Source of the DNA: Ramazzottius varieornatus
Taxonomy: Eukaryota; Animalia; Tardigrada
Length of the DNA: 64,000 nucleotides
Direction: 5' to 3'
Assembly: GCA_001949185.1 (NCBI GenBank)
Contig: BDGG01000006.1
Coordinates: 1,718,827 to 1,782,826, forward strand
Made by a program: the position numbers and the translations under genes. This document shows, piece by piece, positions 27,300-39,389 of the stretch; position 1 is the first letter of the stretch; every line of letters starts with the position of its first letter. The notes below the pieces were generated by a model. That model had not been told where the DNA came from. It made no database searches and saw only the letters and a list, made by a program, of their open reading frames with translations.

Positions 27300-27620
27300 C
27301 GTGAAACCTTATCGAATATGAATCTGTGTGCATCAAGGACTTAAGGACTTTTATCGCAGCACAGTCACAGTGAAAGCCCCCCAAATCCGGATCTTACTTC
27401 CGAATCCGGAACCCAGGGTGGGTTAGGGCTTCGGACAAGAAGCTGATAACTAGAAATATTTTGTTTTGTTTTGAAATGGTCATTTGTTCCCCGAAGGTTT
27501 TTTCACATTCTTTCGAAAGGTTGGACTGCAAAGAAACTCAGGAAATGACCGGGAACTGCGAGAAGCTACGAACTTTCACGCAGGATACTTCCGGTTCAAG
27601 CACAGTAGGATACGAGTCAC
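27300..27620. promoter_or_regulatory. Probable bidirectional promoter region between CK1 (-) and RPL34 (+)
   Basis: Head-to-head gene arrangement; ETS-like (A)CTTCCG motifs at about 27396 and 27587; pyrimidine-rich CATTCTTTC near 27506. Transcription starts cannot be fixed from sequence. Confidence 0.35.
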
Positions 27621-28021
27621 TCCTACGGGTTAGAACCCGAAGGCGCGCAGTAGCAGACACTTTGGTTCAAGGGTCCAGGGGAATCGTCGAAAAGTAGCAA
27701 ATGTCTCGAGTCACTGTGAGATCGGTTGGTCAGGTGGTCCAGCGCACATAAGACAGCAGCACGTGACGAAAAAGTCCACTGCGAGTCTGCGACTGCCAGA
27801 ACGAGTCGAGTCGATCCACCTTGCTTTCGCTGAAGAGCTGGATAAATTCTATTTCCATTCCCTGTTTGGAGTTCTTTGGGATCATCTGTGCTGAGTTTTG
27901 CTTATCTTTCCTTTCCCAGATCATCACCCCGACTACTGTGTAGAAAAGGTGAGCAGAGGAAAGCTCAAGCTCGGTCAGGAATTCAGTGCTTTTGATTCCA
28001 GATTGATCATTGCTCGCCAAA

Positions 28022-28660
28022 ATGGCCCAGCGATTGACTCTTCGCCGGCGATTACCTTATAGCACAGCCTCCAACAAGAGGAAGATGTACGAGCTCTGTT
28101 CTTCGTTAACTCTGCAGACTGATTATCGTTGATGGTAGCCGAAAGTATCTTCTTGTAGTGTCAAGACTCCCGGAGGTCGCCTGGTTTACATCTACCAAAA
28201 GAAGCTCGCAACACCTGCGCGATGTGGTGACTGCAAATGTGATTTGAAAGGCGTAAGTTTGCTCTACGTCCAGCATTCTGTCGTCCTATACTTCAAGAAG
28301 ATATCGCTATCGTAGGTTATCCGAGCTCGTCCCAGGAAGCTCCATTCCGTTTCGAAACGCCAGAAACATGTCACAAGAACGTTCGGTGGATCTCGGTGCC
28401 ATGCTTGTGTTCGTCAACGGTAAGATTTTGTGCTCAATCAACAATCAATATAAGCGAGTTGATTGCCTGGTTGTTGTTGATTTGACGGTTTCTCGATCTC
28501 CAGTTTTCGTGGTTGTTCGTTCTTTCTAGAGTTTTGATTTCTCTCACGATAAGCTATCCTTATCACTTTTCATTCTTTTTTCAGAGTTCTCCGCGCTTTC
28601 CTCATAGAGGAACAGAAAATTGTAGCCCGTGTAGTGAAGGCAAAGAGCGTTGGAAAGTAA
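28022..28660 (+). CDS. RPL34: 60S ribosomal protein L34 (eL34), 4 coding exons
   Basis: MAQRLTLRRRLPYSTASNKRKI / VKTPGGRLVYIY..CGDC..LKG / RPRKL..VTRTFGGSRCHACVRQR / VLRAFLIEEQKIVARVVKAK. Absent from the ORF track because the exons are short. Confidence 0.95.
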
Positions 28661-29180
28661 ACTGACCCATTGTATTCAGTTTCTTGTTTCATTTGGAAAT
28701 CGTCGGTGATTCTGGTTTTCTTACGGTCTTACTCGTATTTCTCTTCGGGATATTCGTTTTCACCGTCTCGAGTCATTTCCATCATTCTTTGTCCAAGAAT
28801 TCAGGCCGCGAAGAGAGCTCATGTTCTCGTATTCGAAGAAAGTTTGAGAAGAGAACGGAAGCTGAAATGAAACTGGAATTACGGCAATTCAATTCTCGAG
28901 CTTGGCTGTTTCGAGAGCGGATCTTTTTATGATCACAAGGCGACAACAGTTGGCATGAAGCAAGTCTTACATCAGAAAATTCAATCAAGAAAACAGTGGG
29001 AAGGATCTGTTTTGCTATCATCTGTCAAACCTGCACCGTATACACGTAAAATGGTCAAACAAGAAGGTGGTTAAATCCGTAAAAAGAAGACTACTGTTAA
29101 ATTACTAAAGAATCAAGTAAAAAAATCGGGTTTCTGTCTAGTTCAAACGAAGTTCTTGTAGACCTTCGCAGCGTTGCCGA

Positions 29181-31255
29181 TCATTTTATTCTGACGTCCC
29201 ACAGAACCATTTGACCATCCATCCCAGTCGAACAGACGTGTGTGTCGTTCTTATCAGTGGAAGACCTCGAAAGCTGCCTGCAAACAGCACCCAAAAACTT
29301 GTCAGGTACAACTGTCCACCAGAAAGTCGTTCAAGAGAAACTTACGTTATCGTGTTTTGATGCGTCGTTTCAATAAAAACGTCCACGTTTTCCGTGGCTG
29401 CTCGCAAATCCAAATCCTTGAATTTCTTCAAAGCACTGGAATACAAGAAGCGCGGATTGAAAATCAGAAACCGTCTTGCTAACACAGTAACGCTCACCTG
29501 AACGCTCCAGACTCTCTTTTCTGAGCTTGGTCAATCTTCGAGACGAACGAAAGCTTTCCCGTCGCTTCGACGGAATAAAGTATCGGACAGCAGTCATGGC
29601 CCTACAAAAACAGTAACTCCTTCACTTCGGAACGGATTATACTAATAAAAGTGGGGAAAAGAATTACAGCGGCAAGGATAAAGGCTTCAGAAAGCCATAT
29701 GCAGTCCATGAAAGGCAGGAACGTGGTCCGTAGTATTACGGGATGCTGGACGTCGCGCCTGGAGTCGACCACTGAGATGGAGCTGTCATGCGACACCCAC
29801 GCTAGCTTATCACCACTCGGAGAGAAACGGACGCTGTGCACCCATCCACCTACAATGCACAAACGTGAATATATTACACGGCCACAGCGTCGTAAAGAGA
29901 GTGGAGGCTATCATCAAGGAAGCGAACTCTCACCTGAACGACTATATTCTGCCATTAGACTGGCGAACGTGCTTTTTTCTCCCCATGCTGACGGTTGTGG
30001 CTTCTCGTCGACTTCTTTGATGTACGCAGAAAATACTCTGCAAGACAGATTCGAGCTTGATCTAAAAGACCGATTGGGATACGAGAAATCAGATTCAGTT
30101 TGCATTTCCTGGCTTCAACATGACAGCCTTGTAGTTAATTCAATCAAATCAAAACAGTCGCCCAATTCATTGGCGCCTGACGTCATCAAGTCAGAAGGAA
30201 CAGAGTTCACCAGCAATCTATCGTGAGCAACGGTCGTGACGTCACAGTGATATTCAAATCACATTTTCGGATTTGATTGAAGCAATTGAGTTAACCATAA
30301 GACCACCACGCTCAGTTCGTACCTGGTCGTAAAATCGGAAGCGCCAACTGCAAGAGCGTAGTTGTTGGGATGCCAGTCGATAGTGGTGACGGTAGATCGG
30401 ATGGGCTTTTTGATATGTTTACTGAGCCACCTGAAAAGACAAGAGAGGAAGGAAAGATCAGAGGAGTCAAGTGAGGAGGCGAGTATCAATCTCATCACAT
30501 GCAAACAAATAATCGGCCTTTCCCACATTCTTATCACACATACCAGTCATTTTCCTCGTCGAAATAACAAACAGCAACCAGTTTGGCTCCACAGCCCACT
30601 GCAAACTTGTTCTCTTTGGGGGACCACCGCACACATGTGGCCGCACGATTTATCCGCAGGAGGACCAGCGCTTTCGTCCAAGCACCATTGACAAACGTCC
30701 AAACGTAGGCATTCCTGTCCGCTCCACAGGTTACGATGCGGTTAGTGTCGGGAGCCCAGTCGATGCTGGTTACCCTTAAATCGTGGGCCGATAAGGTAGC
30801 CGTCGTACTCCAGTGGCCATTGTGATTCTTGCACAGGATGACATCGTTTCCGTTCAGGCTAAATGCGATCTCTGTGAAGACAACAATTAATATAGACGAA
30901 ATTAGATTTCCATGCAGTGGAATCAATCAATCATGCACAACACCGCCCGTATCATGCTGGTCCACTGCGAGCTATCATGATGGTAGGCCACAGGGCTTCA
31001 ATTCTCGTGTCGATTATTGATGAGGGATGCAAATAGTTCGGCCTTACAGCCGACCATACAGTGGAATATCCCGAATATTCCCAGCTTCAAGTGGAATAAT
31101 CTTCTCCCATCCAGCCGCACTCATTCTTCGTCCATAAACTTACGGTAGTATTCCACCATACCTGTCTTATTTTTATTCCATGCATGACAGGTGATAGGTT
31201 CGATCCCGAAACTGTGAGCTTCAGCAACTTGATAATGTGCGCCGTTTGATGTCAT
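29181..31255 (-). CDS. ARPC1: Arp2/3 complex subunit 1 (p41, WD40), multi-exon
   Basis: [113 protein letters not shown]. Confidence 0.95.
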
Positions 31256-32250
31256 CTCCTCCTTCTGCAACACATCCGTTGGCCTGTACCGAGATGGATT
31301 GGCGTTCAGCAAGGTAAATCTAACGAGATGCTGGTAGTAGATCACAGTGGGATCGACGATGTAAACTTGACCGAGAAGAATCGAGACATAGCGACTAGCG
31401 AGTAGATCTTTGGCAAAAAATGTATGTCGATGGTGGATCGGCCTCTTCAAAAGTATCGAAAACGTGTTTGCATGTGCAGTACGGTGCACATGCGAGAGAA
31501 TCAATCAAGCGTAACGAACAGTCCACCACCAGGTGGCTTGCAGGCGTGGCTCGTGAGTATACGCAGTTACGTACAAGTTTTCGAAATTTGGAGTGTTTCG
31601 ATTTTCAATGGCATGTTGAAAGCAATAGTACAGGTACAAACTAAGCTTCTGAAGCAGAAAGTCGGCCATATCGTATGTTTAACGCTCTCCCCAGCAATAG
31701 TGATTCAGAGCGAAAGCATCAAACCATGAAACAAGCAAGAAAATGAGTCTCGGTGAGATGGAAGTATAAGCGAAGAACATACGTAGTTGCATCGGATCTC
31801 CACTGGTCTGCAATTCTTACGGATCATCCGGTTTTTGATTCTACTAGCTCAAGCGTGTGTTTAGGTCCCGGTGCTACTGGTGTCTACGTACGGCACTTTG
31901 GAAAGGATACCCTCACCAAAGTGGAGGACCATGGTGATAGACTCCGACCAGTGTTGTTCCGATTATTGTAATTCGTAATTGAAAATGGCCAAATTTGACG
32001 GTTTTGGAATTCCGATATAACAATTCAAATTGCAAACTCTGGGTTGGTCATTTTGGTATTACAGACATTAAGTTACCACTTGCAGTTCACTTTCCCACTG
32101 TGGCTAACAAGCGGAACCGGAATCGTACGTGAAGATTTCGCTGTAGGTTAAGTTAACACGCACACTAATTCTCCTGTAGTTAGACTGAACAATAAATTTG
32201 AGTTTGTTTTCAGTCTGTCTTTCTCGCCCCTCCGTAAATGCTCTTGAATC

Positions 32251-33534
32251 ATGGATAGGAAGACAGCCTGCTTGCTTCTCATGTCTGAAGTCTTATCTTA
32301 CGAAGATACTGTAATGATGCTCTCTGTGCCGATGGTCGAAAGACCGTTGAGAATTCCGTTTTACCTGGATTTTATAGATGATTCGGGCATTTGGGAATGG
32401 TTTCACTTAAACAAGAGAAAACATTCCTCGCTTGAAAGAAGCCTTCGGCATACCTGATATCATCCGTTTGGAGAACAAGTCAAGGTTTGATGGCGCAGAG
32501 ATCCTGTGTATTCTCCTCGGTTGACTTGCCTATCCAAGCCAATAGATTCAATTATCGCCGGAGCAAACCGGAGTTGTCCATGGCTTTCAGTTGGGTGGTC
32601 GGTTATGTGGATTCTAACTTCGGGCATCTGCTCACATCCATGGATTTGTGCTGGCTCAAAGCAGCGGACATCTCTCTGTTCTGCAAAGCAGTCTGTCGGA
32701 AAGGTGCACCACTCTGCGATGTATGGGGTTTTATCGACGGCACTTTTCGTCCTTGCTGCCGGCCGGAGGTTGTTCAGAAAACTATCTACAGCGGCTATTA
32801 CCGCCTCCATGGCTTAAAGTTTCAGTCCGTGATGGCACCTAATGGATTAGTTGCGAATCTGGACGGACCGTGACCTGGCAGACGCCATGATTCAGGTAAG
32901 AGATGGACGAGTATTTCGCACTGTTAATCCAGTAAAACTAAAGTCTTAAGTGGCGCATTTTTTCGATATTGACGCCAAAGAGCCTGCGCCACTTGGGCAA
33001 ACGATCTTTTAGACTTTGTTTAATGGAATGACGCACGTTATCAGTGTTACTGGCTTGAAGCGTGCACCACTTGAAGAAAAACGCCGAGGAGCTTGTCTGT
33101 CGAGCTAAACGTTTTAAATTTCAGGTATGCTGGCTGGAAGCGGATTGCTCGATCTACTCAAGAATAAGATGGCTGAAACGGGGAACATCTGCCGGCTGTA
33201 TGGAGATCCTGCATATCCAATATCCGAATACCTTGAAGCTCCATTTCGTGCAGCTGCGGCAGAGCTGTCGCAAGAAGAAAACGATTTTAACGAAGCTATG
33301 TCAGGAGAGCGGATAGCTGTGGAATGGGGTTTCAGTGAAGTCGTCCAACATTTCGCTTTTCCAGATTACTCAAGAATTTTGAATGTCCTCTGGCAGCCGG
33401 TCGGAACACTGTATATTGTTGGTACTCTTTTGACCAACTCTACAGTCTGTCTGGGTCATGCCGGTAAGGTGTTTGATTTCTTTGGCATAGCACCTCCATC
33501 TTTGGAGCAGTATTTAAAAAACAAGCTTGATTAA
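32251..33534 (+). pseudogene. DDE_Tnp_4 (Harbinger-type) transposase pseudogene with one intron
   Basis: WGFIDGTFRPCCRP, HGLKFQSVMAPNG, GP*PGRRHDS (in-frame stop at 32871-73), intron about 32896-33125, YGDPAY, RIAVEWGF, PPSLEQYL. The 5' part is frameshifted. Confidence 0.88.
32947..33073. repeat. Palindrome family A, 2 units (transposase intron)
   Basis: Both spacers 27 nt. Confidence 0.85.
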
Positions 33535-33539
33535 ACGAT

Positions 33540-34140
33540 TAGACCGCAGAACGGATTCACCTCAAATTTTTTCCGCAGCAGCTCAACACACTCACCAAGT
33601 CTCGTAAAAGTTCTGTTCAAACCTGAAGGTATAAGGCAAGGATTAACTCAAAATTCGGCAAAGCAAAAAAACGGTTAAAAAGGACTCGACGGTGCAGCTC
33701 ATCTTGGCACCTTGTTCAGTCTTTCTTTAGACCTTCCAACGCTTCCATCATCAGCAGTCATCAACTTACAGTAGTCATCAGTCATCAACAGCAGTCATCA
33801 ACTCATCTCGCTTACGCTCAGCTTCACTCTTCGACCGGTCAGTTTCCATTCGTTTCAGCTCGAGTTCATACTTCATCTTGCTTTCTCTTGCCAGGCGCGA
33901 CTCTCGGGCATACTATCGAAGGAGGCGAACTTGGGTGTCTTCGACACAATGGATTCGTGTCGACTTGGGTGCAGCGCCTTCTCCTCCGCTTGTCGCCGAT
34001 CCTGGCGATCCCACTCCTACCACAGCGTCCATGGACTGCACCGTTAGCTCTTGCACGTTTTCCCTGTTTGCTGTCCTTTCCCAAAGTGAAACCTGCAGAG
34101 TTGTATGAGGAGAATGCCACAAGAGAACAGAGATATCGAT
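33540..34140 (-). pseudogene. Remnant of transposon ORF2 (coiled-coil C-terminus)
   Basis: YELELKRMETDRSKSEAERKRDELMTA on the - strand, inside the TIRs and convergent to the transposase; disrupted frames. Confidence 0.45.
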
Positions 34141-34914
34141 GATAACAAATGATTTTTTTGGCGAAACCTCAGGTTGAGTTTTGACGTTAGAACCGTGAAT
34201 AGTTACCGCTCCATGCTATGTTAGCTGCAATTCCGATTACGCTATTTTCCGAAAATAAGGGGAGCCCCGGGAAGCAAAATGTAGTTACAGGCCACGAAAG
34301 GGGCGGAGCAAGACCGTAGCTACAGTTGCAAAGTGAACGGGAGTGGCAATTTAATCTCTATATTAATCGGAATTGAATCGGCATTCCAGGAACGAGAAGA
34401 CATTTTAATGTACAATTGAAGTCCAAGATGTTGGTGATTCGAATGATTACTGACACCAAAGAAGCACGCAAAATTCACGTAGAGATATCACTTTCTCGCC
34501 TTGTGAAGCACTTTCAGTGCTTTATTGAGTGACTAACGGTGCGCTGGTGCATGTACAACGCAGAATCAGAATGCGTACAAAGTGCTTCACGAAGCTGCAG
34601 TTCGTCTGTGTAGGACGTATACGTGACCAGCACCCGGCGAGCCTTGCTAGGGTTCTGTTTCTCCCGTGGGGTTCAAGTTTACGCCTATGTGATGCACCGT
34701 GCCTCCTTCATGGAGCATAACAGTCCGTATTGACGACAACCATCCGTACTGGATGCCTTGGGAAAGACGTATTCTCCGAGAGTACCAGAGGTTCAATCAA
34801 AACGCTTACCCATCCGACGCGGGGTACCGACAGAAATGCCAATTTTATGAAAGACTCATTCGTCATATGTAAACAATCAACAAAATTTAAACTAATGAAG
34901 TGCCATTCTTCTTC

Positions 34915-35735
34915 AAATCTAAAATGCTATAAATTTCTTCCAAACCTCGGCTATGTACAAAAGTGCCAAAAACGCAAGCAGCATTGCCTCTCTGAATTTT
35001 CTGCTTCAAAAACTAATTTCCTATGCTAATTTTCTGCTTCAAAAACGAAAGAGATCTTGGCTTGCCTGTGCGCGCAGCAACTTTCTTCCCGATCTTCTCC
35101 ACGAGCTCTCGTGCTTCGTTGCCGAAGACACCATACGTTTCAAATCCGACGGGGCAAAACAGGTATCGACCCTCCAGCTCCTCGTACTTCCTCTTTTTCT
35201 CCTCAGCTTGGTTTGCAGTATAACCTACCTGATTGGTGGAGCCCTGGAGATAGGTCTGTGCCAGCGTGTCCACCACAGCCACGTCCCATGCAAGGGCTTT
35301 TCCTTGGTACCACGGAACAAGCGTTAGTCCATCGGGTCGCATGTTTCCATCGTGCATCAATCCATTCGGCTCTCTCACGTTATGAACCTGGCAGCTAGTC
35401 AGGGCTCTGTGGATGATGTCGTTGAGTGCGTCATGCCTGCTATGGCCTCCGGCGCTGTGTTTGCAGGCTAATCCATGACGAACTGTGCTGTCCACCTTCG
35501 TCCCGCATCGGCAAATATGCGTCTCGCACAGCTTGGCTCCAAGCCGTAGTCCTACAGAAATCTTAAAAGAATTATCATCTAGGCGGTTACCTAAAGTTGA
35601 GACTGGCAAGGCATTTAACCATGCCCCGGATTCCTTTGTGGAAACGGCATAAAGACGGGCTTTTTCGGTGGGCAAAGACTGCTCTAACAGGGCACGAGAG
35701 CTGGATTCGACGGGGGGCGTGTCCCATAGCATTTT
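34915..35735 (-). mobile_element. 5'-truncated non-LTR retrotransposon with restriction-like endonuclease (CRE-like)
   Basis: SGAWLNALP, CCHC finger CRCG..HGLAC, RHDALND, REP, RPDG, WDV (PD-D/ExK-type REL domain), then QRGNAACVFGT after a frameshifting short duplication near 35000-35047. Confidence 0.85.
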
Positions 35736-37677
35736 ATGAAAACTCAAATTACAAAACATCATCCCAATAATTCGAATAATTTCAATTGTTGTTGAAACTT
35801 GAATTTGAATTAATCGTCCAGCCACGACGAGGTACCTGCAATTCAAATTGCTGCTGCACGAGGGATTCCGATTAGTCGCAATTGAAATTCAAACTGAAAA
35901 AGTCATATCGGAACAACACTGATTTCGACTACTGTAGTTCAAAGTCACACCAGACGGCCCACGAGTAAAAGAGTACTTAGCAACGTAATGACCGAAGTGT
36001 ATTCCGTACTTCCGTTTGGGCCGGACAGGTACCTAGCGTACACTTTTCTCAACCGGCGCATGCGTGGCCGAGTGCAGTCTGTGCGCCGGTACCTAGGTGA
36101 CTGATGCACGCGCAAGCCGTTTAGACTTTTGAATTTTCGACGATGCAACTTCAATACCGTCACGTCTGCTCCTGCTGGACCTGTCATCACAACCTTGCCC
36201 CATCTTTGCCCGCTCCTCTCTGTCGAATCCGCCTCCCTGCTCTTAGCTGATATCTTCCAGACATCAACAGCAGCGCTGCGGCATCTTGGAAACAGCCGAT
36301 TCCCGTCACCAGGCCCACTCAGCTGAGCTGGATACGTCTACTGTTGGCGAGAGGCTGTCATTTTTCTGGATGCTTGGGATGTTCTGACACTGGTAAGAGA
36401 GCTCTTATAGCTTATCGCTCTGTGAAAATGTGTGGACTGGAATCATGTTAACTCGTTCTGCTATCAAAGATGCTGCTTGAACGTGCAATTGCATTAGGTT
36501 TAGCTCTTTGTAAAACATGCTCTCTTGGACGCTAATAGATTCTAGGCGCATATGTCTTGAAGATACCTGTTATTTCCGTTTATAGAAATATCTTGCATAT
36601 CCTCAGGATGGTAAGAAAAAGCAAAACTATCTCTCTGGAAGGGTGGAACTTACTTCGTGAAATAGGCCTTGGATTCGGGAAAGCGCTTATGAATCCCCTC
36701 TATGGAAATTCTTTGTGGAAATCCCGATTTGAATATTCCGCCAAGAAACGAACGTGCTGTTTTGCAGACACTCCGAGAACACTATTATAGGGCCAGCAAC
36801 CAGTTAAACAGAATCGGGTGGGGAGAAGGCAGCAAAGGAGCTATGATTTTGGGAAAGGTGGTCGAAAGTTACCGCTGTACGGGAGGATTAGACAGTGGTG
36901 AACAACAAAATATCGTGACATCAAGCGGTTGACTGCCAGACTGTCATGTTACTACCTGACATGACAGCCTGTCGGCGGGCCACCAACCTGGCCCGATCGT
37001 TCGACGGAAGACCGAGCCAAGTCGAACGTGACAATCGTCAATGCGAGTGGACCGGGTCATCAAAAATCAATGAACGTCAATCAAGAAATCAACCGAACAA
37101 TAATCGCTCGAACAGTCCGAAAATTCAAGCAACCAATTGAAGCGAAACTCGACGCCGATTTCATCAATCAAGCGATCAAATTTATCCTTTGATTGACTGA
37201 TTCGCTGAATTGAAATGCACATAGTTGGGCACACATGTGCAATCTAGTAGACTCACAGTCCATACTGCTAATAACACCCCAGGATCCCCTAGTGCGGTGT
37301 ACTCCGAATTCACGAATTTTTCTTCTTGGGGGTCATCTGGTGTGACTGAGCGAACCCAACAGTACGCATTCCAAAAAGTTTGAGCCACACAATGGATCGA
37401 AATTATAACTAATGTCAAGTCCTGGTTTCTTGTTCCTCAGTGTTCTCAGACACCACCAGACAGAATTTTTCTCACGTTTTTCATACTGACGATTCATGGA
37501 AAGTAAACGTACTTTTCGACATTTGCTTTTGTTTTGGTTCGGATTTCAATTCTCATTTCCTGGTGTACAGTAATGCTTCAGGAACTTGGCGAACTGAGTC
37601 ATCATACGCGCGAAACATCCATTGGGGGATTGGTAGGGCAAAATTTCCGGACCGCGGCTCAAACGTGCGCGTATATT

Positions 37678-38707
37678 ACAGACATTAAGTTGCCTTCGCC
37701 AGATGAAAATCCCACTGTAGCTAAGATGAATTGCAACGTCACTCATAAGTAGGAATGTTAATTATCCATCCACAAAGGACGTATCCGAATATATCCGGAT
37801 AAAACCTCGATTGGTTAAGGATTTTATTCACCCAACTCCTAACCGTATAGAACTCTTATCCATCCGGATACGATTCAGATAACATCTGTATCCATCCAAT
37901 GTTTATCCGGTTAAAAGTACTTGAATCAATCAGACAATCAAAGCAGAACACCTCAGTCTCACTAACATTATGCAGCAGACTGGGCGACCGTGGCAAATGC
38001 GCAACCCCTTTGCCGTTAACAGCGCACTGGAAGTCGGCTTATCGATCATGTTTTATTGTTTCGCTCTCCCGTTTTGCTTCGATCATGCTACTCAACAGTT
38101 CTATGTCCATTATTAGTTGACGGACTTTAGTTCGTAGGTCAGCAACCCAAGGCTTCTCTAGTGGTGGTCGATACATTACACTCCTTCGCAACCGCTTAGA
38201 AGCTGAAGCCATCCAGGCAGTGTTATTCTTGAACTCTTGGACGGCGGTTTCCGAAGCTAAAGTAGCAATACTGATATGTGATGATAAATAGATAACCTAG
38301 ATATTTGGTAGTTTCGACTTGGCTCCAGTAAACGGAGAACAATTGTCAACTAAATCGTTTAACCGGATAATATCCGGATAATCCGGATGAAAATTTTATC
38401 CAGTTACCTGGATATGGATAAAACTTTTATCCTTCCATATGGTATCCGGATGAGTTTTTATCCATCCGTTCAACCGTTCATCCATCCATTAACAACCCTA
38501 CTCATAAGCGCAGCAGCTGATCAGAACTTTGAATAGTTGGGCAACCACCATGCTTCCCAATGCTAGCCAACCGTAACTCCGATTACGCTATTTTTCGAAA
38601 ATAAGGGGAGCTACGGAAAGCAAAATGTAGTTACACGTCGCGAAAGGGGCGGAGCAAGGCCGTAGCTACAGTTGCAAAGTGAACGGGAGTGGCAACTTAA
38701 TCTCTGT
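37678..38707 (+). mobile_element. Internally deleted copy of the Harbinger/Pangu-like element (interrupted by the hAT insertion)
   Basis: Left end ACAGACATTAAGTTGCC matches 32061; 38578-38705 is a close copy of 34232-34359. Confidence 0.8.
37750..38500. mobile_element. hAT-type non-autonomous element with ATCC/GGAT subterminal repeats
   Basis: TIR TAGGAATGTTAAT / ATTAACAACCCTA, perfect 8-bp TSD CTCATAAG. Confidence 0.9.
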
Positions 38708-39389
38708 GATGACTCACTTCGCCAAGTTCATGAAGAATTACAGTAGTTTTTTCGGGTTTTAAATCACGAAGCATCATTGCTCAGCAGAGCATTTCAGTTT
38801 TCATATACCTGCGTGAAGCATGGGAAGGCTATCAGTTGTCTATGACTGATGCCGAGTCGTTAGTTTTCGCAGCTTCCACCAGCTACGGAACACCAGCCAC
38901 GTTCCGGTTTCTACCGGTGCGAAAACATTGATTCGAGTCTCTATTCTTACAGGCGTTGCTTCCCAGATCGAAGTCTTCGCAGAATTTCACTTGGTGCTTA
39001 CGTGCATAGCTTTCTTTGACTCTTTGTTCCTTCCAAATAAGACGAATACTAAATTACGGTCTGCAAAAGGATACTTTGAATAAAATGCCGACGATCACGG
39101 ACAGCATTCAAACTTTCAACAGCACTCAAGCGCAAGTTTTTCGTGCAGAGTCTTATTCCGGAAAAAAATGAAAACCTGCCTCGGTCAAGCACGGTTACCA
39201 CCATCGGATATGCACAGTAGAAAGAAAGAAAGAAGGAAAATCACCGAGTAATGTGGAGAATAATTTCACCAGCTCACACACTTTGTGACGATCAGCAGAT
39301 CTGGAACGTGTGAAGACAGTACGAAAAGAAAATTAATGCAATTGACTGTACAGAAAATTAAATTCTCACTACAAATCATATCTCAAGAG

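Larger units (their letters stand above)
32061..34361 (+). mobile_element. Decayed PIF/Harbinger-superfamily (Pangu-like) DNA transposon
   Basis: Imperfect ~40-bp TIRs (ACAGACATTAAGTTACCACT...), ATT duplicated at 32058-60 and 34362-64, DDE transposase on the + strand and a convergent second-ORF remnant on the - strand. Confidence 0.85.
31949..35921. mobile_element. hAT-type non-autonomous element (same family as 21647-22367, opposite orientation) hosting two nested insertions
   Basis: TIR CAGTGTTGTTCCGAT / ATCGGAACAACACTG; flanks ACTCCGAC and ATTTCGAC (6/8 match). Both subterminal regions align with the 21647-22367 copy. Confidence 0.8.
37566..38745. mobile_element. TA-flanked MITE (TACTGTAATGCTTC family) enclosing the two nested elements
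   Basis: ~39-bp imperfect TIR TACAGTAATGCTTCAGGAACTTGGCGAACTGAGTCATCA / TGATGACTCACTTCGCCAAGTTCATGAAGAATTACAGTA. Confidence 0.7.

Noticed and set aside
27415-27430. Telomere-like GGGTTAGGG
   Set aside because: Single copy, expected by chance.
32896-33125. Palindrome family A as an introner (intron-creating element)
   Set aside because: Units lie inside introns; the splice sites and intron ends are unrelated between clusters and are not supplied by the repeat.
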